From assembly GCA_048887225.1 (NCBI GenBank), contig JBHLJY010000005.1, positions 96,001-160,000 of the forward strand: a stretch of DNA of 64,000 nt. Direction: 5' to 3'. The DNA comes from Candidatus Hodarchaeota archaeon. Lineage in GTDB: Archaea > Asgardarchaeota > Lokiarchaeia > Sigyniarchaeales > SOKP01. The translations under genes were made by a program, and so were the position numbers. Below the pieces are notes generated by a model. The model was not told the DNA's origin and made no database searches. It saw only the letters and a list, made by a program, of their open reading frames with translations. Of the stretch, positions 30,293 to 39,458 are shown in pieces. The first letter of the stretch is position 1. Each line of letters starts with the position of its first letter.

Positions 30293-33169
30293 ATGTCTTT
30301 GGAAGGAATTAATATTAAGAAGCTAACACCGATGCTCCGCCACTGGTTATCAATTCGTCAAAAATTTGATGACGATTATTTAATTGCTTACCGCATGGGC
30401 GATTTCTATGAGTTTTTTTATGATGACGCGAAAAGAGTTTCAAAACTTATCGGGATAACTTTAACAAAGAGGGGTGATGTACCTCTCGCGGGAATCCCTC
30501 ATCATGCAGGGCATAACTATTTTAATAATTTAATGAATCTTGGAGAAACTGTAATAATTGTTGATCAATTAGAGGATCCTGCTAATGTGAAAGGGAGGAT
30601 TGTAAAAAGAGGAGTAACTCGGATACTCTCGCCAGGAACTATAATTGAACCTAATATGTTAAAGGCTAATGAAAATAATTATATCGCTTCCATGGTTAAA
30701 AATAGAAAAGGATTCGGTGTTGCTTTTGCAGATATTTCTACTGGAGAATTTATAGCAACCGAGTTTTCTTCAAAAGAGAAAGACCCTCAAGAAAAATTAC
30801 TAAGTATTTTTTCTCAATATGATCCTGTGGAATTGATAATTTCTCCCGAACTTAAAAAAGATGAGAGATTTTTTATTCTTTTAACAGATTTAACAGAAGC
30901 TATAATTAAAACATATGAAGAATATGTATTCAACTATGAGGAATCTTATACTTTAATAACGCGTCATTTTAAGGTTTCCAATTTAGAAAGTTTTGGAATA
31001 GAAGGAAAAAAAATGGCAATTCGAGCCGCTGGAGGTCTTTTAGCCTTTTTAAAAGAAACTCAGAGAGATATTATCCCTAATATATTTAAAATAAATGTCA
31101 TTCACGAAAAAAATATATTACATTTAGATTATATTACCCAAAGAAATTTGGAATTGATTCATTCATTATGGGAAAAGGGAAAAGAAGCAACTCTTTATTC
31201 CATATTTAACAATACTCATACACCTATGGGTGCTCGTTTACTAAAGAAATTCATTTTACAACCTCTTACAAATATTGAAGTAATAAATCAGAGACTTAAT
31301 ATTGTTCAAAAATTTAGAGATGACATTTTTTTAAGATCTGAATTAAGAGAGGAATTAAAAGTAATAGGAGATCTGGAAAGATTCATAAATAGGATTAATT
31401 ACACTTCTCGAATTAATGCTCGTGACTTAATCAACATCAAAAATTCATTAGAAAAGATCCCGAAGATTAAAGGATTATTAGAAAAAGCAGATATTCCTGA
31501 GATTTCAAAGTTTCATGAAAATATAAATACATTTGAGGACATTAAAAATTTTATTGAGGTTTCAATAAGAGATGACCCCCCTATTACAATAAGGGAAGGA
31601 AATATTATAAGAGAGGGGTTCAATGAAAAAGTTGATGAGCTTAGAGATATGATCCATAATGGTAAAAAATATATATTAAAATATGAAAATGAACAAAAGA
31701 AGCGGTGGAATCTAACTTCAGGCCTCAAAGTTGGGCATAACAATATACTTGGTTATTATATTCAAATCACTTTTAAAACTTTAGGATCAATCTCTAAGCT
31801 TCCAGAAGAATATGTTGAACGTCAAACTCTTAAAAGTGCAAGAAGATACACAACATCAAAATTAAAAGAGCTAGAGGAGAAAATTGTAAATGCTGAGGAG
31901 CAGATTAATGAATTAGAATATGAAATTTTCAATACGATTCGGGAAAAAGTTGAGAAAGAGACTACAAATATTCTTGATACTGCAAGAAATATAGCTATCA
32001 TTGATGTATTGACTTGCTTCGCTGAGGTTGCTGAAAAATATAATTATTGTAGGCCCATTATCAATAATGATGATAAAATAATAATAAAAGATGGAAGACA
32101 TCCTGTTGTAGAACAAATGAACATAGCAGAGCCGTTTATACCTAACGATTGTTATCTGGATAACGAAAAAGAACAATTATTAATAATCACAGGGCCGAAT
32201 ATGGCAGGCAAAAGTACTTATCTCCGTCAAGTAGCACTGATATGTATAATTGCGCAAATGGGATGTTATGTCCCTGCAAAATCTGCAACTATTGGAATAA
32301 TCGATCAAATTTTTACGCGAATAGGAGCTTCTGATGATTTAGCGAGAAAATTAAGCACCTTCATGATAGAAATGACCGAAACTGCCAAAATTTTAAATTA
32401 TGCAACTCAAAAAAGTCTCGTCATTATAGATGAGCTTGGAAGAGGTACTAGCACTAGTGATGGTCAGAGTATAGCTATGGCAACTTTGGAAAAGCTACAT
32501 GAAGTTGAGGTAAAAACTTTATTTAGTACTCATTATCATCAATTAACTGAAATAAATTTACCAAGAGTGAAAAACTATCATCTCGACATCATAGAAAATG
32601 ACGATGGGTCTATTAATTTTGTTAGAAAATTGCGTCCTGGAAGTACTGATAAATCTTATGGTATTCACGTGGCAAAACTTGCCGGTATCCCAGACGATGT
32701 TATTATAAGAGCTTTCGAAGTCTTACAGCAAATAGAAGAAAAAGATCCTTTCAAAACAACAGTGCGGGAAAATGGTAATAATACCTCAACTTGGAAAATT
32801 CATGACAAAATTATTAATGGAAAAAAAAGAGAAATTGATAGGTTAAACTTAGAATTAAAATCTAAAAAAAATGAATTAGAAAAATGCGACGAAGAATTAA
32901 TTCAGAAAGAGAAAGAATTGGAAAGGAAGAATATTGATATTAAACTTTTGAAGGGTACAATTAAAAAAAAAAAAAGCGAAGTTCCGAAAAAGAAAAAATT
33001 AGTTCAGACAAGTTTCTTTAAGCCTATTATAAAGAAAGAAGCAGGAGATGCTGAAATGAACGAATTGATAAAGATCATTAAGGAAGTTGATATAAATTCC
33101 ATTACTCCTTTTGATGCAATGAAAAAATTAATGAAGATTAAGGAAAAATTGAAAGATTTCGAGTTATAG
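30293..33169 (+). CDS. mutS: DNA mismatch repair protein MutS (MutS1)
   Basis: TPM, GDFYEFF (Phe-X-Glu), GRHPVVE, TGPNMAGKST, DELGRGTS, SYGIHVA. Confidence 0.96.
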   Translation: MSLEGINIKKLTPMLRHWLSIRQKFDDDYLIAYRMGDFYEFFYDDAKRVSKLIGITLTKRGDVPLAGIPHHAGHNYFNNLMNLGETVIIVDQLEDPANVKGRIVKRGVTRILSPGTIIEPNMLKANENNYIASMVKNRKGFGVAFADISTGEFIATEFSSKEKDPQEKLLSIFSQYDPVELIISPELKKDERFFILLTDLTEAIIKTYEEYVFNYEESYTLITRHFKVSNLESFGIEGKKMAIRAAGGLLAFLKETQRDIIPNIFKINVIHEKNILHLDYITQRNLELIHSLWEKGKEATLYSIFNNTHTPMGARLLKKFILQPLTNIEVINQRLNIVQKFRDDIFLRSELREELKVIGDLERFINRINYTSRINARDLINIKNSLEKIPKIKGLLEKADIPEISKFHENINTFEDIKNFIEVSIRDDPPITIREGNIIREGFNEKVDELRDMIHNGKKYILKYENEQKKRWNLTSGLKVGHNNILGYYIQITFKTLGSISKLPEEYVERQTLKSARRYTTSKLKELEEKIVNAEEQINELEYEIFNTIREKVEKETTNILDTARNIAIIDVLTCFAEVAEKYNYCRPIINNDDKIIIKDGRHPVVEQMNIAEPFIPNDCYLDNEKEQLLIITGPNMAGKSTYLRQVALICIIAQMGCYVPAKSATIGIIDQIFTRIGASDDLARKLSTFMIEMTETAKILNYATQKSLVIIDELGRGTSTSDGQSIAMATLEKLHEVEVKTLFSTHYHQLTEINLPRVKNYHLDIIENDDGSINFVRKLRPGSTDKSYGIHVAKLAGIPDDVIIRAFEVLQQIEEKDPFKTTVRENGNNTSTWKIHDKIINGKKREIDRLNLELKSKKNELEKCDEELIQKEKELERKNIDIKLLKGTIKKKKSEVPKKKKLVQTSFFKPIIKKEAGDAEMNELIKIIKEVDINSITPFDAMKKLMKIKEKLKDFEL

Positions 33170-33173
33170 AAAT

Positions 33174-34322
33174 ATGAACCAATACGATGTTTTCATTGTT
33201 GGTGGAGCGATTGCGGGTTCTGTGGCTGCACGTTTCATTGCTGAAAAAGGATTAAAAACTTTATTGGTTGAAAGTGCGAAAACTCCTCGTGAAAAACCAT
33301 GTAGTGCCATTCAATTTAAATATTTTAAGAAACTTATTGGGAAAAAAATTCCAAAAGAAAAACTGTGTACCAATCCTCTAAAAAGAGTCTACATGGAATG
33401 GCCTAATGGCAAGGTAATGAAAGTTCCATTTAAAATGCTTAACTTTACTCGAGATATTTTCGATTCTTGGCTAAACTATATCGCAGTAGAAGCAGGAGTT
33501 GAATTTCGGGATGGTGTAAGATGTAATGGTTTTGAAAAAATTGATGATGGTTTTGTAGTTAAGCTTTATCCAAAACATAGAGAAATTGAAAAAGTAAAAG
33601 CAAAATACTTAATAGCAGCAGATGGATTATCATCCACAATTCGTAAAATTATAAGACCACAGGACTTTTACGGAAGGGGGGAAAGAGCGCGTGGAGTGAC
33701 CCTCAATTATTATATTAAGTCAGATAATGAGGGAGATCTGAATCCAAATACGTTATATCAGTTTTGGAATTTAGATTTTAACGACATGATGTTTGCGTGG
33801 ACTTACAAGAAAAATGATTTGTGGGTTGTAGGAACAGGTTATACTGAAAATATTTCCGAACATTGTAATCTTTTATTAGATTATGTTAAAAAAAAGTTTA
33901 ACTTTGATGGAGAAATTGTCAAAAGAGAAGGATTTGCGTCTAAATTTCGTCTTGATGATCAAAACCACGTTTTTCTAGGGGAAGGTAATTTATTGCTTAT
34001 TGGAGATGCAGCAGGTTTAGTCGATGTTTATCGAGGTTTAGGAATGGACGCTGCGGCTCTTAGTGCTCGTCGATGTGCGAAAGCAATTCTAATGGCCGAA
34101 AAAAAAGGGGTTACGGCTATTGAATTTTATGAAAAATCTATGCGAAAACTTGTAAAAAGAATTGAAAAGAATATGGAACGACAGCTACTCAACCTTAAAA
34201 ATAACGAGGAATTACTTCGACACCTTAAGAAAAGTTATATTAAAACAGGTATGACGACCTTTTTTGGAAATATAATTAATAAAATTTTACCCGCAAATAA
34301 AATAATACTTCTACCACTTTAA
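33174..34322 (+). CDS. Geranylgeranyl reductase-family FAD-dependent oxidoreductase
   Basis: VGGAIAG, REKPC, R..FD.WL, AADG, IGDAAG. Confidence 0.8.
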   Translation: MNQYDVFIVGGAIAGSVAARFIAEKGLKTLLVESAKTPREKPCSAIQFKYFKKLIGKKIPKEKLCTNPLKRVYMEWPNGKVMKVPFKMLNFTRDIFDSWLNYIAVEAGVEFRDGVRCNGFEKIDDGFVVKLYPKHREIEKVKAKYLIAADGLSSTIRKIIRPQDFYGRGERARGVTLNYYIKSDNEGDLNPNTLYQFWNLDFNDMMFAWTYKKNDLWVVGTGYTENISEHCNLLLDYVKKKFNFDGEIVKREGFASKFRLDDQNHVFLGEGNLLLIGDAAGLVDVYRGLGMDAAALSARRCAKAILMAEKKGVTAIEFYEKSMRKLVKRIEKNMERQLLNLKNNEELLRHLKKSYIKTGMTTFFGNIINKILPANKIILLPL

Positions 34323-34348
34323 AATATGATAACTTAAATAATAAATCT

Positions 34349-35269
34349 TCAACCAGTTACTAAGACAACTGGAATAAGAAATACAATTATCGTCAAGTAG
34401 ATATAATATAATATAATTATTATTGGGAATAGAATCCTAAACAGTTTTTTTCTTTTGTCCATTGAAATATTTTCTAAATTTGCCAAAAATATTATGATTA
34501 ACAAGCTAATAAACATCAGATGGGAAGGTTGTAAAGCTTTCCAAGTAATTGAATCAACAATTAAAAAACCTTGAATTTCTTCATCGCTATGTAGCCAATT
34601 ATTAATCATTTGCATAAAATATTCGGGAAATATAATATATGGTATACAAACAAGAAGGAACGGAACTACAAAATAAATCAAGTCTCTGGCTTTTAATTTT
34701 CTAATTATAAGTATTACTGGGATAAATAATATTGAATTTATTTTAAAAGTCGCAAGAGTAAAAAAGATTCCCGCAATCCATTTTTTATCATCTTCAATGT
34801 ATTTATACGATAAAAATAAAAAGAATATAATTAAAAAATTTACATTATTAAAATATGCGTCATAGCTATAACCAATAGAGCTTAATATATAGAAAATTAT
34901 TAAATCTATTTTATTTGCAAATATCTCTTTAGCTTTAAAAAATACATACCCAACGCATAATAATCTTAAACCATCCCATATATATAGACCTATTTCAAGT
35001 GGAATTAAATACATTGGAAAAAATAGAAAGTACCAAAAATATAGATAATAAGGAGGCCAATCTGAGATTTCTATAGGATCGTAAAAATTTATTAATCCGT
35101 TTTTCATTCCCTCTATTAATATCTTATAATCAACATCCCTTGTTTCTTTAATCCAAGGACTGATATATAAAAAGCCCAAAAGAATTCTTAATATAATGAG
35201 GATAATTGTGATTATTACTAAACCACAGATGAAATATAAATGAATAGGATACTCTTTCTCGTTGTTCAT
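34349..35269 (-). CDS. Multi-pass membrane protein, GT87/DUF2029-like glycosyltransferase
   Basis: Many TM segments; DY, YDP...PPYY, NNVN, AG.....ATFKI. Confidence 0.6.
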   Translation of the reverse strand: MNNEKEYPIHLYFICGLVIITIILIILRILLGFLYISPWIKETRDVDYKILIEGMKNGLINFYDPIEISDWPPYYLYFWYFLFFPMYLIPLEIGLYIWDGLRLLCVGYVFFKAKEIFANKIDLIIFYILSSIGYSYDAYFNNVNFLIIFFLFLSYKYIEDDKKWIAGIFFTLATFKINSILFIPVILIIRKLKARDLIYFVVPFLLVCIPYIIFPEYFMQMINNWLHSDEEIQGFLIVDSITWKALQPSHLMFISLLIIIFLANLENISMDKRKKLFRILFPIIIILYYIYLTIIVFLIPVVLVTG

Positions 35270-35554
35270 AACTCTTTACATTAGCTGAAATTTAATAAAA
35301 TCAACAAGTTTAAACTATAAAGGAATCTTTTAATTTTAAACTAAATTAATTTGCTAAATTTAATTACCGAAAAACATTATTATTAAGAAAAGTGATATTG
35401 GATTAAAGATTCAATAATCCAGAGCACGGATAATAATTAAATTTTTAAATTTATTTAATCTTTAATAGAGAGTTCATTTAAATTTGGCTTGATAATATTA
35501 TTTATACCTAAAAAATTTATTAATTGGTTATAAAACACATCTAATTGAAGAAGT

Positions 35555-37450
35555 GTGAAAAGAAGAAAAATACAAAAAATCCGAGACGCTGAAAAAATAG
35601 CTGCAGGAGAAGTTGTGGAGAGACCGGCTAATGTGGTTAAAGAATTAATTGAAAATAGTATCGATGCGGGAGCACATGAAATAAGAATTATTGTAAAAAA
35701 AGCAGGTAAAAGTTTCATTCAAGTCATAGATGATGGTATAGGCATACCTCCAGAAGATATAGAATTCGCTTTTGAGAGGCATACTAGTAGTAAGATCAGA
35801 AGCATTGAAGATTTAGATAATCTACACTCTTTAGGATTTAGAGGAGAGGCTTTAGCAAGTGTTGCTGCGGTAAGTCAAGTTGAAATTACTTCAAGAACAG
35901 AAGAGAATAATTTAGGTATTCAATTATTTTTAAAAGGAGGCAAACTGGTTGAAAAAAAAGAAATTTCTTGTCCTATTGGAACGAACGTTAAAGTCAAGAA
36001 CATTTTTTATAATATTCCAGCAAGACAGAAATTTCTCAAGTCAGATTCTACCGAATTAGGACATATTACGGATATTACGCAGAGGTACGCACTAGCTTAT
36101 CATGACATTCATTTTATATATAGGCATAATAAATTGGACATACTAAATTGCCCTTCTAACGATTTAAAAACCACCATGTTTCATGTATATGGAAAATTAA
36201 CCGCAAAATTTATGGAACCGATTGATTACTCAGAAAAAGACACTTATTTTAAGGTATACGGATTATTAGGGCATCCACAAATATCAAAAAAAAATAGAAC
36301 TTATTCGAGTTTATTTATTAATCGTCGTTATGTTATAAGCGACCTTTTATTTAGAGCAATACAAGAAGCGTACAAAGGAACTTTAATGGTTGGAAAACAT
36401 CCGTTTTTTGTATTATATATTGAATTAGATCCCTCTGTAATAGATTTTAATGTCCATCCGAAGAAGCTATACATTAGATTTGAACGAGAGGAGTATATTT
36501 ACAATAAAGTTTATAATGTTATTCGAGATTTTATTGAAGATAAGTTTATCACAAAAGAAGCGAAATATATCTCAACTGAATTAGAACACTTCATTACTGA
36601 GAAGGAAAGCGATTCCATAAGGGAAAATGTCTTAGACTCAAAAAAAATTAGTAGACCAATTAAAGAAATTCGGGATTATAAAAAAAAGGAGGTAAGATCT
36701 AAAGAAGTATTCAACGAAGAAGGTGAGTTAATAGACGAAACAGTACAACTACACTTAACAGATCTTGTTGCAGGTGAGGAACTCGATAAGATGAAAAGAC
36801 CTGAAACATACATTCGAGAAAAATACATCGTAGCAAAAAATTTTCCTAAGGTGCGCTTGATCTCCAATACAGGACAATTGAGCAACAAGACCTATGTTGT
36901 TTTGGAGGGATATAACGAAGAAACTAACGAGCATGGATTATACATTTTAGATCAACATGCGGCATCTGAAAGAATAAATAAAGAAAAATTACTGAAAGCT
37001 TATGAAACATCAAAAATAAGCAAACAAATGTTAGTATCGCCTCTAAAAATTGATGTAACTCCAAGCGAAAAGTTCTTCTTGAAAGTAAATTTGAATGATA
37101 TAAAAAAATTAGGATTTAATTTAGAACATTTTGGTGGAAATACTTTCATTTTGAGAGAAATTCCAGTTATTATGGAAAAAGTTCCAAAGACAGAAATAGC
37201 AAAAGAAATTATTAGCGATATTACGGAAATAGGTAAAGATAAAAGTTTCTCAGAAGTTAAAGATGAAATCATCAATTATTTAGCGTGCCATAGAAGTATA
37301 AGGGGAGGAGATGATTTGACTTTACAAGGTATTAGAAATCTGATTATTGACTTATCAAATTGTAAAAATTCGTTTCATTGTGCCCACGGCAGACCTACAT
37401 TAAAATTTATATCTTTTAAAGAATTAGGTAAAATATTTAAAAGAACGTAA
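35555..37450 (+). CDS. mutL: DNA mismatch repair endonuclease MutL
   Basis: IAAGEVVERPA, ENSIDAGA, GFRGEAL, endonuclease motif DQHAASERINKE, ACH, CAHGRP. Confidence 0.96.
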   Translation: MKRRKIQKIRDAEKIAAGEVVERPANVVKELIENSIDAGAHEIRIIVKKAGKSFIQVIDDGIGIPPEDIEFAFERHTSSKIRSIEDLDNLHSLGFRGEALASVAAVSQVEITSRTEENNLGIQLFLKGGKLVEKKEISCPIGTNVKVKNIFYNIPARQKFLKSDSTELGHITDITQRYALAYHDIHFIYRHNKLDILNCPSNDLKTTMFHVYGKLTAKFMEPIDYSEKDTYFKVYGLLGHPQISKKNRTYSSLFINRRYVISDLLFRAIQEAYKGTLMVGKHPFFVLYIELDPSVIDFNVHPKKLYIRFEREEYIYNKVYNVIRDFIEDKFITKEAKYISTELEHFITEKESDSIRENVLDSKKISRPIKEIRDYKKKEVRSKEVFNEEGELIDETVQLHLTDLVAGEELDKMKRPETYIREKYIVAKNFPKVRLISNTGQLSNKTYVVLEGYNEETNEHGLYILDQHAASERINKEKLLKAYETSKISKQMLVSPLKIDVTPSEKFFLKVNLNDIKKLGFNLEHFGGNTFILREIPVIMEKVPKTEIAKEIISDITEIGKDKSFSEVKDEIINYLACHRSIRGGDDLTLQGIRNLIIDLSNCKNSFHCAHGRPTLKFISFKELGKIFKRT

Positions 37451-37542
37451 TAGATTTTTGTCTTATAACCAATTAAATTATCAAGGTTATACTTGTTTAA
37501 CTTAAGCGAGAAACCTTTCAAACTAATATATAAATTTTTCTA

Positions 37543-37812
37543 TTACGCTTTGGAAAAAGCAATACCTTCAATTCCCTGTATTCCATCAACTTGCCCGAAT
37601 AGCTCTTCAATCTTATCTGTACCTCCCCATTCTTCTGGATATCTTACTCGAACTCGAGCTTTTTTCAAGCCAAATGCAATAGGTAAAATTTCATAATGTT
37701 CAATGAGACAGGTATCAGGAAGTAGTTTTTTTATTTTTTCTATAAATTCTTCAAAGTCGATATCCGTATCTTCAGGAACAACATCAATTAAAGCAATATA
37801 TTGTCCTCCCAT
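37543..37812 (-). CDS. ef1b: Translation elongation factor 1-beta (archaeal)
   Basis: V.PED.DID, PIAFGLK, GGTDKIEE. Confidence 0.92.
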   Translation of the reverse strand: MGGQYIALIDVVPEDTDIDFEEFIEKIKKLLPDTCLIEHYEILPIAFGLKKARVRVRYPEEWGGTDKIEELFGQVDGIQGIEGIAFSKA

Positions 37813-37833
37813 AGAAAACCTCTTAAAAATTGT

Positions 37834-38007
37834 TTAAGGACCCTCAAATTCGCATTTAAGGCATCTATAAGTCTTTCCCATGGCTCGACATCTTTCACAT
37901 CGCCAAATAGTTACATCTCCACAATTAGGACATGGGAAATGCACCGCAGCCTCGAAAGGTGCAATCGGCCGGCCACAACAAAAACACATGTTTTTTTTAA
38001 ATGACAT
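37834..38007 (-). CDS. Zn-ribbon RNA-binding protein (DUF1610 / HVO_2753-like), 57 aa, absent from the ORF track
   Basis: Hand translation MSFKKNMCFCCGRPIAPFEAAVHFPCPNCGDVTIWRCERCRAMGKTYRCLKCEFEGP*; usual position upstream of EF-1beta. Confidence 0.9.
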   Translation of the reverse strand: MSFKKNMCFCCGRPIAPFEAAVHFPCPNCGDVTIWRCERCRAMGKTYRCLKCEFEGP

Positions 38008-38234
38008 GCAAATTTGCTTTTTATAATTTATTAATAGGTGAGATTGAAAATTAAAATAAAAGATAACTTTAATTATTTTTTATTTTTAAAACTCAAGCTT
38101 TCATTGAAATATACATCCTAGGATTAGGCAAATTAAACTTTAAATTGTAAAACATCATAATTAATATATATAAGTTACATTTTGAGTTTCTAATTTATTT
38201 TAAATTTATCAAGAAATTAAAGGTGAACTAACCA

Positions 38235-38759
38235 ATTCCAGAAAATAAAGTTAAAAAATATTTTAGACTCGTCGAAATATGGGCGTGGTGTGATATTTGC
38301 AGTGACATGATTGCGCTAAACGTCGATAAAAAAGAGATTCATGAAGGACTTGAAATGGGCATATATACGAGAGAACATAAACATTCAAATCCATATCCAG
38401 ATTCCGAAGATCCAGACGACAACTCAGGAAAAGAGCACACTATTTATGTCTATATTGATGATAATTATGATGTCACAGGAGTCAAAGCTTTTTTTGGAGA
38501 TAGCCCAGGTATGAAAGAATTAGAAGCAGCATCAACTACGGGAGATGTAAGAATTCCTATTGTTGTAAAAGAGATTCCTCCAATGAGTGTTCATTTAGGC
38601 ATGCTAACTCCAGAAGAATTTAAAGTTCTTAAGATTTGTGATGGAATGAACACTTTAGAACAGGTCGCTGATATTGCTGGTAAAGATGTGGAAGAAATTG
38701 AAAAAATGATGGAAAAACTTAGAAAGAAAGGGCTGGTTGATGTAATTAAAAGAGCTTAG
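38235..38759 (+). CDS. Hypothetical protein with N-terminal CxxC/His metal site and C-terminal wHTH; probable ATT start
   Basis: The ORF-track frame stays open 24 codons upstream of ATG 38307 to ATT 38235, 8 nt after AGGTGA. C-terminus KICDGMNTLEQVADIAG...LRKKGLV. Confidence 0.65.
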   Translation: MPENKVKKYFRLVEIWAWCDICSDMIALNVDKKEIHEGLEMGIYTREHKHSNPYPDSEDPDDNSGKEHTIYVYIDDNYDVTGVKAFFGDSPGMKELEAASTTGDVRIPIVVKEIPPMSVHLGMLTPEEFKVLKICDGMNTLEQVADIAGKDVEEIEKMMEKLRKKGLVDVIKRA

Positions 38760-38807
38760 ATTTTTTCTATTCTTTGGAGTATAAACGATATTTATCAAGG
38801 TCAATGT

Positions 38808-39458
38808 TTAATTTGAATTTATTATTTTAGTACCTTTTTCTAATCCAATGTGCAAAGCCCGTATGTTATCTTCAGGATCTCTTAGCCACTCTTTAATCAC
38901 TTCCTCGTAATGTTCGATTTCTATAAAAGGTATCTTTCCAGTAGCAACTGCAAATCCTAACATAATTAAATTTACCTGTTGATTTCGATTAAATTCTTTC
39001 AAGGATAATTCTGTTGCATTCATGAAATAGATATCGTTTGAATAGCCATATAGAATTTCCTTAATTTTTTCTAAAGAAGGATATTGCTCAAGATCAGCCG
39101 CGATCATTACTCCTGGAATAGTCCTTGAATTAAGAACGAAAGAAGTCTTATTTGAAGCATAAATACCACGCCTTAAAGCTTCTACTGGTTCGAAACAGAT
39201 GTATAAATCAGCATCACCGTAACAAATCAATGGTGAATATAAATTTTTTCGCTCTTCCTCAAAAATCTTTTTTTGATAACGTGTATGGCTGGTAATAGCG
39301 CCCTCACGCTGGGCAAGGCCATGCATTTCGCTTCCGAAGCATCTTTCAACGCCAGCTTTTTGAGCGGCAAATTCAATCAATCTTTTTAAAGTAATGACTC
39401 CTTGCCCAGCGGTTCCAGCAATAACAACATTTATAATATCTGTTTCTTTAAAGCTCAC
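38808..39458 (-). CDS. iorB: Indolepyruvate:ferredoxin oxidoreductase beta subunit
   Basis: AGTAGQGV, EMHGLAQREG, EPVEALR, NLIMLG. Confidence 0.9.
   Translation of the reverse strand: MSFKETDIINVVIAGTAGQGVITLKRLIEFAAQKAGVERCFGSEMHGLAQREGAITSHTRYQKKIFEEERKNLYSPLICYGDADLYICFEPVEALRRGIYASNKTSFVLNSRTIPGVMIAADLEQYPSLEKIKEILYGYSNDIYFMNATELSLKEFNRNQQVNLIMLGFAVATGKIPFIEIEHYEEVIKEWLRDPEDNIRALHIGLEKGTKIINSN

Noticed and set aside
37801-38004. 67-aa plus-strand ORF
   Set aside because: Antisense to the real 57-aa Zn-ribbon gene (37834-38007, minus strand).
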